A stretch of 64,000 nucleotides of DNA from Chitinophagaceae bacterium (GCA_016703625.1 JADJBP010000001.1:837129-901128), one strand, 5' to 3'. Counted from the first letter of the stretch, positions 29,917 through 39,520 are shown. Notes: generated by a model from the letters alone, not told the origin. Program-made: numbers and translations.

Positions 29917-30481
29917 GTAATAAATTGAAAAATTTTATACAGGATAACCGCAGGGCTTTTGATGATGAAATGCCACCCGGTAAAATATGGGATCAAATTG
30001 ATGCTTCTTTTCTGATGTTCCCAAAAAGAGAAAATCATATGGACTCCTGTACAAATGGGCCATGGCCGCGGCAGCCATGCTGGTGATCGCATCGGGGATA
30101 TTTTACCTGGCCGTAAGAACAGACACGGTAACTCCCATTGCTGCCATCGAAAAAGAAACGGGTAAGCTGCCACCGGAATATGAATCGCAGATGAATCTCT
30201 TTGTAAAAATGATTGACACAAAGCAGGAAGAATTGAAAATGCTTGCCGGGGAGCAACCTGAACTTTACCGGAAGTTCACCACCGACATAATCCAGCTGGA
30301 TAGTTCATACCATACCCTTAAAAACCAGCTCGGCAGTACGCCCAACCGGGAAATGCTGCTGGAAGCGATGATTCAAAATCTGCAGCTGCAGCTGAATGTA
30401 CTGAATCAGCAATTAAACATCATTAACCAGATAAAACAATCAAAAAAGTATAACCATGAAAAAATTGATCAGACCATTTAA
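29913..30481 (+). pseudogene. Putative anti-sigma factor (single TM segment), frame broken in a T4 run
   Basis: ATG 29913 overlaps the sigma stop (ATGA) and gives MSNKLKNFIQDNRRAFDDEMPPGKIWDQIDASF. Adding one T at 30008..30011 continues as SDVPKKRKSYGLLYKWAMAAAAMLVIASGIFYLAV (TM), joining ORF 30062..30481. Confidence 0.55.
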
Positions 30482-31457
30482 AACATTATTGCCGTTATTG
30501 ATGCTGCTGCAGGTCAATGCATTTGCACAAAATGACAACGACAATAAGAACGATGACAACAAAAAGTATGGATTTGAAAAAAGTAAATCCGTTAACAGGA
30601 CATACAATGTGTCCGCAACCGACCGGCTGAATATTTCGAATTCTTTTGGTAAGGTAGAAGTGAATACCTGGAATAAGAACGAGATCAAAGTTGATGTGAA
30701 CATTGAAGTATCTGCCAATACCGATGCGCTTGCACAGAAAATGATCGACCGGATTTCTGTATCGGATGAAAAAAACGGAAAAGAGATCTCCTTTAAAACA
30801 ACGATAAAGGATATGAATAATTCCAAAGGGGAGAAAAGCAGGATGACGATCAATTACAGGATTTCCATGCCGGCTTCAAATCCTTTGCAGGTAAAGAACG
30901 AATTCGGTGCCACCATCATTCCGGATCATGCGGGCGAAGTGGACCTGGTGAGCAAGTTTGGATCATTAACAGCCGGGAACCTGTCGAATGTAAAAAATGT
31001 ACAGGTAGAGTTTGGTAAAGCAAATATTGAAAGTATCAATAACGGTAACCTGGTGATCAAATATTCAAATGCAACATTGGGAAAACTAACGGGTACCATT
31101 AAGCTGAATGCAGAATTCAGTACCGTGATAAAAATGGACCTGGATAGCAGGCTCGCAGGCCTGGATATAAAAGCGTCTTACTCAACTGTAAATTTAAAAC
31201 CCGCCACTGATATGTCTGCATCCTATACCATCAATACCAGTTTTGGCAGTTTTAAGAACCGTACTGAGGTAAAATTTGACGGGGATGACAATGACAAACA
31301 GGACAAAGGCCCAAAATTTGATTTCCAGTATAATGGAAAATCCGGCAGCGGCAATACCCGGATACATGTAAATACCAGTTTTGGAAATGTGATCCTGGGA
31401 GAACCCCGCCCGGAAGATATTAAAAGCAAATCGAAGACCAAGACAAAGACCTCTTAG
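30456..31457 (+). CDS. Secreted beta-strand repeat protein (DUF4097 / putative adhesin-like), third gene of the ECF module
   Basis: Signal peptide MKKLIRPFKTLLPLLMLLQVNAFAQ. Repeated short beta-strand units follow (NISNSFGKVEVNTW, VKNEFGATII, SKFGSLTAGNL, INTSFGSFKN, VNTSFGNVILG). Confidence 0.5.
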   Translation: MKKLIRPFKTLLPLLMLLQVNAFAQNDNDNKNDDNKKYGFEKSKSVNRTYNVSATDRLNISNSFGKVEVNTWNKNEIKVDVNIEVSANTDALAQKMIDRISVSDEKNGKEISFKTTIKDMNNSKGEKSRMTINYRISMPASNPLQVKNEFGATIIPDHAGEVDLVSKFGSLTAGNLSNVKNVQVEFGKANIESINNGNLVIKYSNATLGKLTGTIKLNAEFSTVIKMDLDSRLAGLDIKASYSTVNLKPATDMSASYTINTSFGSFKNRTEVKFDGDDNDKQDKGPKFDFQYNGKSGSGNTRIHVNTSFGNVILGEPRPEDIKSKSKTKTKTS

Positions 31458-31480
31458 TAAAAGTATAGCCATGAATCATA

Positions 31481-31513
31481 AAAGGCCTGTGATCTGTTCA
31501 CAGGCCTTTTTTT
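31481..31513. terminator. Bidirectional intrinsic terminator
   Basis: aaaggcctgtga tctgt tcacaggccttt forms a 12-bp stem, followed by a T run. It lies between convergent genes. Confidence 0.8.
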
Positions 31514-31560
31514 GCAATAGAAAATGTGGCAGCCTGGGAATGGTTCTTCCTGTTCAGGGA

Positions 31561-31761
31561 TCAGTCTGTTTGTTCAAGTATGAAGATATCTTCAACAGGT
31601 TTGCCGAATTCCCGGGCTATTTTAAGCGCCAAAACGGTAGAGGGAACATATTTATTTGCTTCCATGGCATTAATGGTTTGCCTGCTCAACGATACTTTAT
31701 TGGCCAGGTGTTCCTGCGTTAATCCCTTTATGGCTCTTTGTACTTTGATATTATTTTTCAT
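31561..31761 (-). CDS. XRE-family helix-turn-helix transcriptional regulator (66 aa)
   Basis: MKNNIKVQRAIKGLTQEHLANKVSLSRQTINAMEANKYVPSTVLALKIAREFG has the classic Cro/C1 HTH pattern. It overlaps the upstream membrane gene by 11 nt. Confidence 0.85.
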   Translation of the reverse strand: MKNNIKVQRAIKGLTQEHLANKVSLSRQTINAMEANKYVPSTVLALKIAREFGKPVEDIFILEQTD

Positions 31762-32227
31762 CGGTAGCAGTTTTAGCATTTTTGTACATCAGGTAATTGA
31801 ACCGGGTAATGAAAATGATCAGCACGGTAAACATGTTATAGATCATCACGTTAAAAAAAGCCATGCCATATACAAATATAAAAGCAAGCAGTAACAGGAT
31901 ATAACTTACCAAAACGGCCCAAAGCAGTGATGATAAGCGTATGTTGGCAATGAATTCATCTTCATTTTTTTCTTTTGAAAAACTGACCAGCATGGCACCA
32001 ATGATGAATAATACCGCAATAAACGTATTGGTGATATTGGTATGAATAAAACTGAAATATTGCTTTTTACCAAATACTTCGTCGTTGAAAAAAGCAAATA
32101 CTGTTGTATTGAGCCAGTCAGCCTCAAAGCCTGTTATACTGAGGATGATACCTGCAATGGTTGCAGGAACCAGGATAAACCAGCCAATGGTTTTGAACCT
32201 GGATGGTAATAAAAGTTGATGTTGCAT
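31751..32227 (-). CDS. Membrane protein co-transcribed with the XRE regulator
   Basis: About 4 TM segments (IGWFILVPATIAGIILSI, FIAVLFIIGAMLVSF, LLWAVLVSYILLLLAFIFVYGMAFF, ...). Confidence 0.55.
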   Translation of the reverse strand: MQHQLLLPSRFKTIGWFILVPATIAGIILSITGFEADWLNTTVFAFFNDEVFGKKQYFSFIHTNITNTFIAVLFIIGAMLVSFSKEKNEDEFIANIRLSSLLWAVLVSYILLLLAFIFVYGMAFFNVMIYNMFTVLIIFITRFNYLMYKNAKTATDEK

Positions 32228-32271
32228 AATATAAAGTTTTAGCAAATGTAAAAAAAATCTTACAATATGAC

Positions 32272-32302
32272 AAAATAATCTTACATTTTGTAAGATTATT
32301 TT
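32272..32302. promoter_or_regulatory. Perfect 14-bp inverted repeat (candidate XRE operator)
   Basis: aaaataatcttaca ttt tgtaagattatttt lies 45 nt upstream of the membrane/XRE operon start. An extra half-site aatcttaca is at 32256..32264. Confidence 0.5.
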
Positions 32303-32356
32303 AACATTTGATAGCCGGGTTTACTTCATTAACTTTATGCTGTATATAAGTAAGCC

Positions 32357-32980
32357 ATGATAACATATTCCTATTTAGCCCTGGGTGACAGCTATTCTAT
32401 TGGCGAACAGGTAGCTTTTGCCGATAACTTTCCAAACCAAACCATCCAACTGTTGCGCAAAGACAGCTTTGGTTTTTATGCGCCGGAGATCATTGCAAAA
32501 ACCGGGTGGACTACTGATGAGTTAAACGAAGCCATTGAAAATACGGTATTGCTTGAGACCTATGATATTGTTTCGCTCCTGATCGGTGTAAATAATCAAT
32601 ACCGTGGCCGCAGTGCAACTGAATTTAAAATTGAATTTGAACAGCTACTGCAACTGGCCATCGGGTTTGCCGGTAATAAACCTTACCGTGTTTTTGTGTT
32701 GAGTATACCGGATTGGGGTATTACGCCTTTTGCATCAACCCTGTTGATTGATGGAAAGGGAACAGACACCCAAAAAGTTGCTGAAGAGATAGATGCCTAC
32801 AATTATATATGTGAAACATCAGCAAAACAGTTCTTAACCAATTTCATAAATATTACCGCATCACAAAGGGAAGAAGGTAATAAACCGGGATTTTTAGCAC
32901 CCGATGGTTTGCATCCTTCAGGGTTGGAATATAAAAAATGGGCTGCAAAACTGGCCGATGCGGTTTTGAAACAATTATAA
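32357..32980 (+). CDS. SGNH/GDSL hydrolase family protein
   Basis: Block I YLALGDSYSIGE, block III GVNNQYRG and block V DGLHPS. Confidence 0.85.
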   Translation: MITYSYLALGDSYSIGEQVAFADNFPNQTIQLLRKDSFGFYAPEIIAKTGWTTDELNEAIENTVLLETYDIVSLLIGVNNQYRGRSATEFKIEFEQLLQLAIGFAGNKPYRVFVLSIPDWGITPFASTLLIDGKGTDTQKVAEEIDAYNYICETSAKQFLTNFINITASQREEGNKPGFLAPDGLHPSGLEYKKWAAKLADAVLKQL

Positions 32981-32981
32981 G

Positions 32982-33512
32982 ATGAAGACGATCGATTTTT
33001 CAGAAGTACAGCGTTTTAAAATATGGTGGGCCTGGATAGCCGTAACGGCACTGAATGTACTTTTTATGTATGCCGTAATGCAACAGGTTTTTTTGGGAAA
33101 ACCGTTCGGCCCAAAGCCTGCGCCTGATGTGGTTTTGATCTTCATTGAATCATTGTTATTACTTTTTCTGCTTTTCTTATTTTCCATAAAATTAAAAACA
33201 CACATAGATAGTACCGGCATCCGGTACCGGTTTTATCCTTACCAGTTTAAAGAAACATACATTGAATGGCATGAACTGAAAGATGCTTATATCCGGGAAT
33301 ACAATTCCTATTTTGAATATGGCGGATGGGGGATGAGAACAGGCGGTATCAAGTTCGGGAAAGCCATTAACACTTCCTCATCATCTGATAAGGGATTACA
33401 ACTGCAGTTTAACAACGGCAAACTTTTATTGATCGGTACCAGCAGGCCTGGTGAAATAAAACTGATCATTGATGATGTTATTGCATCGGGTAAAATTAAC
33501 AGGAGAGTTTAG
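32982..33512 (+). CDS. Membrane protein of unknown function
   Basis: Two N-terminal TM segments (WWAWIAVTALNVLFMYAV, VVLIFIESLLLLFLLFLF), then a soluble ~100-aa domain. Confidence 0.5.
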   Translation: MKTIDFSEVQRFKIWWAWIAVTALNVLFMYAVMQQVFLGKPFGPKPAPDVVLIFIESLLLLFLLFLFSIKLKTHIDSTGIRYRFYPYQFKETYIEWHELKDAYIREYNSYFEYGGWGMRTGGIKFGKAINTSSSSDKGLQLQFNNGKLLLIGTSRPGEIKLIIDDVIASGKINRRV

Positions 33513-33516
33513 CAGA

Positions 33517-34433
33517 TTAATATGCTGTCATTTTTCTTTCAACAGATCCGTCATTGTAAAAATCGAACAGGGCGTAGGCCGGTGCAAAATCCTGGAAAGC
33601 ACCTTTCCACCAGTTGCCGCTGACAGCCCCATTGCAATAATATTTTATGTCCAGGAAATTTACTTCGTCCTGTAAATGTATGTGGCCGCTCAGGCAGGTT
33701 TTAATATTGGGATGCTTTTTAAAAAGGTCTTTTATCTTTCTTGCATCAGTATGCAGCAAAGCCCTGGAAAGTTTCCAGTCGCCATTGGGCAGCATATCTT
33801 TGTAAAACAGGGCCGGGCAAAAAGAAATGATGGGGATATGGGAAACAATACAGATGTATTTTTGCTTATTGGCATCTAACTCTTTTTCCAGCCAGCTAAA
33901 CTGTTCATCATCCAGCAAGGCAATATAACCGCCTTTGTTTTCCTGCACACTGTCTAAAAAAATAAAATGCCAGTTGTTATGGGTAAAGCTGTAATACGTT
34001 TTGGGGTAACCTGTCTGTTGCAGCCACCATGCTTTACCATACCATGCATCGGTTTTACATCTTCTTTCAGTTGCCAGCCCCATATATCATGATTGCCAAG
34101 ACAATGCTTTACCGGCAGTTTATTTTCTGCCTGCATTATTTTATTGAACAGCTCCCATTGTGTGCTGGTATTTTCTTTATTGGCCGCCAATGCATCCATG
34201 ATGCTGTCGCCGCCATTAATTATAAAATCGGGTTGTTGTTTTAATTGATTGATGTGTTGCAACACTTTTTTCATTCCTGCTTCTGCAACATCCAAAGGTT
34301 TTATATGAATATCGGTGATGAATGCTGCTGTAAAAGACCTTTTCTTTTTAGGAGGTTCGGCGCTGGTTAGTTTTGGTAAAGTTGCTGAAGCAGATATCAG
34401 TGAAATGTTTTGGAGAAATTTTCTGCGTTGCAT
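33517..34433 (-). pseudogene. Tat-signal metallophosphoesterase, frame broken in a C4 run
   Basis: MQRRKFLQNISLISASA (twin-arginine signal), FITDIHI, NGGDSI and CLGNHDIW in ORF 33954..34433. Adding one base at 34078..34081 continues as GLATERRC...VSHIPI...SGHIHL (ORF 33517..34083). Confidence 0.75.
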
Positions 34434-34444
34434 AAAAAAGTTTT

Positions 34445-35273
34445 TTATATTTTTAGATAACTCGCCATTTCTGATTGATATTGATGTGCAATGGCCCTTG
34501 CTTCGGCTGCAAAATCTTCCCGCTCGCTGGCATAGATGATGGCACGGCTAACATTTACCAAAAAGTCCGCAGTCATTATTCAGTCCATATTTGCTTACTT
34601 CCTTCAAACTGCCACCCTGGAATCCAACGCCCGGCACCAGTAAAAAATGGCCGGGAATAATTTTCCGGATCTCTCCCAGGTCACTCGCTTTGGTTGCGCC
34701 AATCACAAACATCAGGTTATTGGTATTTCCCCAACTGCTTACTTTTTTTAAAACGGCCTCGTATAAAAATTCACTGTCCTGGTTACCATCCCCGCTAACC
34801 AGTTTCAACTGTTCAAAATCGGTACTGCCGGTATTACTGGTCAACCCTAAAACAATGGCCCATTTATGTTCAAATGCTAAAAATGGTTTAACACTATCCT
34901 CACCCATGTAGGGTGCAACTGTTATGGCATCAAAGTGCAGTGTTTCAAAAAAAGCTTTGGCATATTGTGAGGATGTATTGCCAATATCGCCACGCTTGGC
35001 ATCAGCAATGATGAATTGTTCTTTGGGGATATAGTCAACGGTTTTTTCCATGGCTTCCCAGCCCTTTTTCCCCATGGCTTCGTAAAAAGCGGTATTTATT
35101 TTATACGCCACACAAAGATCCTGTGTGGCATCTATGATCTGTTTATTGAATTCAAATACAGCATCGGGATGCGTTTGTAAATATGCAGGTATCTTATTGA
35201 TATCGGTATCTAAACCAACGCAGAGGTATGATCTTTTTAATTGTATTTGCTGAATGAGTTGTTTTCTTGTCAT
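34445..35273 (-). pseudogene. pyrF: Orotidine-5'-phosphate decarboxylase (type 2), frame broken in an A5 run
   Basis: [24 protein letters not shown] and [11 protein letters not shown]. The ORF stops at 34548 (..DCGLFGKC*). Removing one base of 34560..34564 gives [42 protein letters not shown], ending at 34445. Confidence 0.85.
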
Positions 35274-35282
35274 GCGGTAAAA

Positions 35283-35894
35283 TTATAATCTCTTTTTCAT
35301 TTCATCAGCAATTGCGGCTGAATTTGCATCGCCTCTTTTTTCCAACTGTTCAATAATATTTATTTGAGAGGCTTTATCCCTGTTCTGGCTCATTTTGAAT
35401 GTGTTTTCTATACTTTCTACCTCAATGCTGAATCCAACGATGGCTTTTACCATATGGTCGATGTAAGCTGCGGGTAATTGATCATAAGAGCTGGCTGACC
35501 CGGTGCCGGTATATTTATCAGAAACAGCTTTTACAGCATTTCGTGTACCGGCTTCATCGGTAAAAATAATTTTTCCTTTTGCCTGCACCGTCATATAATT
35601 CCAGGTAGAACCCATTTGCGGATCAGTGTACCAGGCAGCGCTTACAAAGCAATGCGGCCCGGGAAAAATTACCAGTACGCTGTTGTTTTTTTCAAAGGCC
35701 AGGTGATGGTCTGTTTTCCGCATCAGGTGCCCTTCTAAAAATATTTTATGATCAGTTATTTTAATTGCCAACGGGATCTGTGTGGCTACAGGAAAATTTT
35801 CTCCCATGCCGGTGATCAGGGCAAAAGGATTTTCTTTCATAAAATCAATGACCTTTTGTTCATCAGGTTCGGTGTAGTAAGGGAATTTGTACAT
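35283..35894 (-). CDS. FMN-binding negative transcriptional regulator (PaiB family)
   Basis: MYKFPYYTEPDEQKVIDFMKENPFALITG...ATQIPL...GHLMRKTDHH pattern. Confidence 0.8.
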   Translation of the reverse strand: MYKFPYYTEPDEQKVIDFMKENPFALITGMGENFPVATQIPLAIKITDHKIFLEGHLMRKTDHHLAFEKNNSVLVIFPGPHCFVSAAWYTDPQMGSTWNYMTVQAKGKIIFTDEAGTRNAVKAVSDKYTGTGSASSYDQLPAAYIDHMVKAIVGFSIEVESIENTFKMSQNRDKASQINIIEQLEKRGDANSAAIADEMKKRL

Positions 35895-35903
35895 ATTGTT
35901 TAT

Positions 35904-36021
35904 GGGCTAAAGCCCGGTTTTTTTTTATTTTTATCCCTGGCCTGAAGGCCAGGGCAATTCAGAAGGCCGGGGCAATTCAGGCTGGAGATTGTGTACAATA
36001 AATTTAATAGGCTTTAGCCCT
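35904..36021. repeat. Nested hairpins and direct repeats downstream of kmo
   Basis: gggctaaagccc (35904) is complementary to ggctttagccc (36011). The inner hairpin is ccctggcc tgaa ggccaggg. There is a direct repeat aaggccNgggcaattcag x2. Confidence 0.6.
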
Positions 36022-37363
36022 TTATTTTTTCCAAGATCATTTTTTCTATTTCTTCATCGGCCCACCTGTTCTCAATGCCGGGCAAAGCCATGATCTCCTG
36101 CATAATGGTTTCCTGTTTTTGTCCGTTTACCAATGCCTGGCTATACCTGATATGTGGACTGAATGTTACCTGTGCATAAGCCGGGATCCATTTATCGGGA
36201 TATTTTTTGCTGAATGCCGCTTCAATTTTTTTCTGCAGTAAAAAACGGGGATCAGCAACCTTATCACGCATTTCTACAAAATTATTCAGTGCCAGGTCGC
36301 AGATGGCATCGCCGTCGGGTTTTCTTAACTGCTGGTATTCGGCCAGGATCTTTGTCCAGTTCTCATCATGTTTTCCGATCAGGCTGTTTAAAACTGAGCA
36401 GTCTTCAAAGCCACAGTTCATACCCTGCCCAAAAAAAGGAACCATGGCATGTGCTGCATCACCGATCAGCGCAAATTTATCTTCCCGTATCCAGGGAAAA
36501 CATTTTACGGTTACCAGGGAAGATGTGGGGTTATTGAAAAAATCTGATTCCAGGGTTGGCATCAAAGGCAAAGCATCTGAAAAAGTCTTTTCAAAAAAAG
36601 TTTTTACTTTTTCTTTTGTATCCAGTGCGGCAAAAGAAACTTCGCCATCAAAGGGAAAGAAAAGTGTGCAGGTAAAACTGCCATCCATATTGGGCAGGGC
36701 TATCATCATGTAATTACCCCTTGGCCAGATGTGCAAAGCATGCTTCTCCAGTAAAAATGATCCGTTCTCTCCCGCAGGTATGTTTAGTTCTTTATAGCCA
36801 AAGTCGATAAAATACTGGCTGTACTGGAAACGGTCCTGTTGCAACTGGTGTGTAAGCCTGGCAGCAGAATAAGCGCCATCGCTGCCGAAAATAAGTTGGC
36901 CGTTATTTGTTGTTCGTTGCCCGGTAGCTACATGCTCAAATAGGATATCATTTTTATTCCAGTCAATGTGTTCACATTTTTGATTGAAATTAATTTCAAC
37001 GCCATGCTGTTCGGCAAGGTCCATCAACTTACAATTTAGTTCGCCGCGTGAAACTGAATTAATGTACTGCCCTTCTTTGCCATAGGGCTGATACGCAGTG
37101 GTTCCATCGGCATTGTGCATATACCTGCCATGCATGGGAATACATATCTTCCGGATATCATCCATCAGCCCAACTTCTTCCAGCGCTTTGATACCACGAT
37201 CACTGAGTGCAAGGTTAATGGAGCGCCCGGCAACCATATCTGTTTTACGCATATCTGAACGCCGTTCAAAGATTTTTACAGGATACCCGCGTTTGGATAA
37301 ATAGATGGACAGCAATGAGCCAACCAGCCCGGCACCGATAATTATTGTTTGCTTCTTTTCCAT
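36014..37363 (-). CDS. kmo: Kynurenine 3-monooxygenase
   Basis: IIIGAGLVGSLLSIYLSKRG (FAD binding), GRSINLALSDRGIKALEEVGL and LIGDAAHAMVPFFGQGMNCGFED. Confidence 0.9.
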   Translation of the reverse strand: MEKKQTIIIGAGLVGSLLSIYLSKRGYPVKIFERRSDMRKTDMVAGRSINLALSDRGIKALEEVGLMDDIRKICIPMHGRYMHNADGTTAYQPYGKEGQYINSVSRGELNCKLMDLAEQHGVEINFNQKCEHIDWNKNDILFEHVATGQRTTNNGQLIFGSDGAYSAARLTHQLQQDRFQYSQYFIDFGYKELNIPAGENGSFLLEKHALHIWPRGNYMMIALPNMDGSFTCTLFFPFDGEVSFAALDTKEKVKTFFEKTFSDALPLMPTLESDFFNNPTSSLVTVKCFPWIREDKFALIGDAAHAMVPFFGQGMNCGFEDCSVLNSLIGKHDENWTKILAEYQQLRKPDGDAICDLALNNFVEMRDKVADPRFLLQKKIEAAFSKKYPDKWIPAYAQVTFSPHIRYSQALVNGQKQETIMQEIMALPGIENRWADEEIEKMILEKIKG

Positions 37364-38637
37364 TAATCTTTATTTAAGATCAGTTTTACAATTTCTCCAA
37401 ACTTCCAGATATCTTCAAATGTATTGTATAAGGGTACCGGTGCCACCCTGATCACATTCGGTTCCCGCCAGTCGGCCAGCACCCCGTTTTGTTTTAAGGT
37501 ATCAAAGACTTCCTTACCTTTTTCCAGCATCAGCATGGATACCTGGCAACCTTTATTTTCTTTAGGGGTAATGATCGTGATCTTTTTTTCTGCCGAACCG
37601 GCATTGATCTCTTCAATTATAAAAAATAAATAATCGCTCAGCATTTTTCCTTTGGCAATCAAATTTTCAATACCGGCTTCTTCAAAATTATCAAGCGAAG
37701 CTTTATGGGCTGCCATGCTTAAAATGGGAGCGTTGCTCAATTGCCATCCCTCGGCTGTGGCAATGGGGTTAAAACCTTTTTCCATTTTGAAACGGGTTTC
37801 TTTATCATGTCCCCACCATCCGGCTAACCGGGGTAAAGCAGTATTGGTGATATGTCTTTGATGAATGAAAGCACCGGCAACACCGCCCGGCCCGCTGTTC
37901 AGGTATTTATAACTGCACCAGCAGGCAAAATCAACATCCCAATCATGTAAATGCAGTTCAATATTTCCTGCAGCATGGGCCAGGTCAAACCCGCAATAAG
38001 CGCCGGCTTCATGTGCTGCTTTGGTGATCGCATCCATGTCAAATACCTGGCCGTTGTAATAATTTACGCCGCTGAAAATGACCACCGCAGTTTCATCAGC
38101 ATGTTGTTTGATAGTTGACAGTATATCTTCAGTCCTGATCACGGGTTCACCATCCCGGGGTGCAACTTCAATAATTACCCGGCCAGGATCAAGCCCATGA
38201 AATTTTGCCTGTGTTTCAAAAGCATACTGGTCAGATGGAAATGCTTTTGCTTCGCAAATGATCTTATAACGTTCTTTTGTGGGTTGATAAAAACTGGCCA
38301 TCAGCAAATGCAGGTTCACGGTAAGCTGGTTCATCACCACGATCTCTTCGGGTAAAGCACCAACGATCTTTGTAAGCAGTTGTGGAAACATCTCATGGTA
38401 ACTGAACCAGGGTTGCCTGGCATGAAAATGTCCTTCCACGCCAAAGCTGGCCCAGTCTTCCAGTTCATTCAGCACATAATCCTGCGTGGTTTTGGGTTGC
38501 AGGCCAAGAGAGTTGCCGGTGAAGTAGATGCATTCATTCCCGTTGATGATGGGGATATAAAATTTATCCCTGAAATGATTTAAAGCATCCTGTTCATCTA
38601 ATTGTTTTGCAAAAGCGAAACTATTCTCAAATATCAT
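37363..38637 (-). CDS. kynU: Kynureninase
   Basis: YFTGNSLGLQPK, FSGVNYYNGQ and CWCSYKYLNSGPGGVAG (PLP-lysine region). Its stop overlaps the kmo ATG (TAATG). Confidence 0.9.
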   Translation of the reverse strand: MIFENSFAFAKQLDEQDALNHFRDKFYIPIINGNECIYFTGNSLGLQPKTTQDYVLNELEDWASFGVEGHFHARQPWFSYHEMFPQLLTKIVGALPEEIVVMNQLTVNLHLLMASFYQPTKERYKIICEAKAFPSDQYAFETQAKFHGLDPGRVIIEVAPRDGEPVIRTEDILSTIKQHADETAVVIFSGVNYYNGQVFDMDAITKAAHEAGAYCGFDLAHAAGNIELHLHDWDVDFACWCSYKYLNSGPGGVAGAFIHQRHITNTALPRLAGWWGHDKETRFKMEKGFNPIATAEGWQLSNAPILSMAAHKASLDNFEEAGIENLIAKGKMLSDYLFFIIEEINAGSAEKKITIITPKENKGCQVSMLMLEKGKEVFDTLKQNGVLADWREPNVIRVAPVPLYNTFEDIWKFGEIVKLILNKD

Positions 38638-38648
38638 TCATGTTGTTT

Positions 38649-39052
38649 TTAATCAATCGTAGCGACCACTTTTAATTCAATGGCTATGGGTGTTGGCAAA
38701 CTTTTTACTTCAACTGTAGTTCGGCAGGCCTGTACATCGGTAAAATATTCACCATAGATCTTATTGTAAACCGGGAAATCCTTTTTCATATGTGTTAAAA
38801 AAACCGTTACATCCACGATCTTATCCCAACTGCTGCCGCTTGCTTCCAGCACAGCTTTCACGTTAGCGAAACATTGGTGACATTCAGCCTCAATATCATA
38901 CTTAACAATATTTCCTTCAGCATCCTGTTCCAATCCAGGGATGGAATTGTCTTTTGCGCTCCTGCTGCCAATGCCGGAAAGAAATAATAAATTCCCAACA
39001 CGCCTTGCATGAGGGTAAGCCCTAATGGTTTTGCAGCAGCATCAGTATGTAT
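38649..39052 (-). pseudogene. ridA: RidA/YjgF-family protein (candidate 2-aminomuconate deaminase); no own start codon seen and the frame is broken at a C3 run
   Basis: IHTDAAAKPLG (frame of ORF 38858..39499), then, after adding one base at 39020..39022, AYPHARRVGNLLFLSGIGSRSAKDNSIPGLEQDAEGNIVKYDIEAE...TVFL...RTTVEV..LP. This joins ORF 38649..38933. Confidence 0.7.
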
Positions 39053-39101
39053 AGTTTCGTTTCTCGTTTCTCGATTGTTCGTTTCTCGTTTCTCGTTTGT
39101 T
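39052..39101. repeat. CGTTTCT heptamer array (left arm flanking the four-helix-bundle gene)
   Basis: cgtttct cgtttct cgattgtt cgtttct cgtttct cgtttgtt. On the minus strand it is translated as NEKRETNNRETRNE. Confidence 0.85.
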
Positions 39102-39499
39102 GAGACTCTGTTCTGAAATTTAGTCCCTGTTTTTTCAGATGTATTCAAATATTTAATTAATGCGCCAATCTTTTTACCTGTTTTGTCTGCCAATTCGTTA
39201 AGCTCTTCAAAAATTTCCTTTGAAAAGTGATTTCTGTTTACACATCTTATTATTTGTGATTGAAGTTCGGATGCCGAGGCCCTGGCAATACTTAAAAATT
39301 GAATGAATTCCAATCTTCCCGCTCTGCCAAATCCTTCAGCTATATTGTCAGGAATTGAACCTGCTGATTTATTTATCTGGTCTTTTAATGCATAGTCTCT
39401 GGAGAGGGTACCGCTACTCAGTTGTTCAAATATCTTTTTCTCCAGTTCATTTGCCAACTGCCATACTTCCAGATCAGTAAATTTTTTTATTGTTGCCAT
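39102..39499 (-). CDS. Four-helix-bundle protein (23S rRNA intervening-sequence / Avd-like family)
   Basis: MATIKKFTDLEVWQLANELEKKIF...YALKDQINKSAGSIPDNIAEGFGRAGRLEFIQFLSIARASASELQSQII fits the TIGR02436/PF05635 pattern as I remember it. There is no stop codon before the repeat array; the ORF runs on to 38858. Confidence 0.8.
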
Positions 39500-39520
39500 A
39501 AATTAGTAAATCATAAATTT

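Noticed and set aside
39102-39499. Four-helix-bundle gene as the Avd component of a diversity-generating retroelement, or as part of a 23S rRNA intervening sequence
   Set aside because: No reverse transcriptase, no template/variable repeat pair and no rRNA sequence are present in the window. Only the family resemblance remains.
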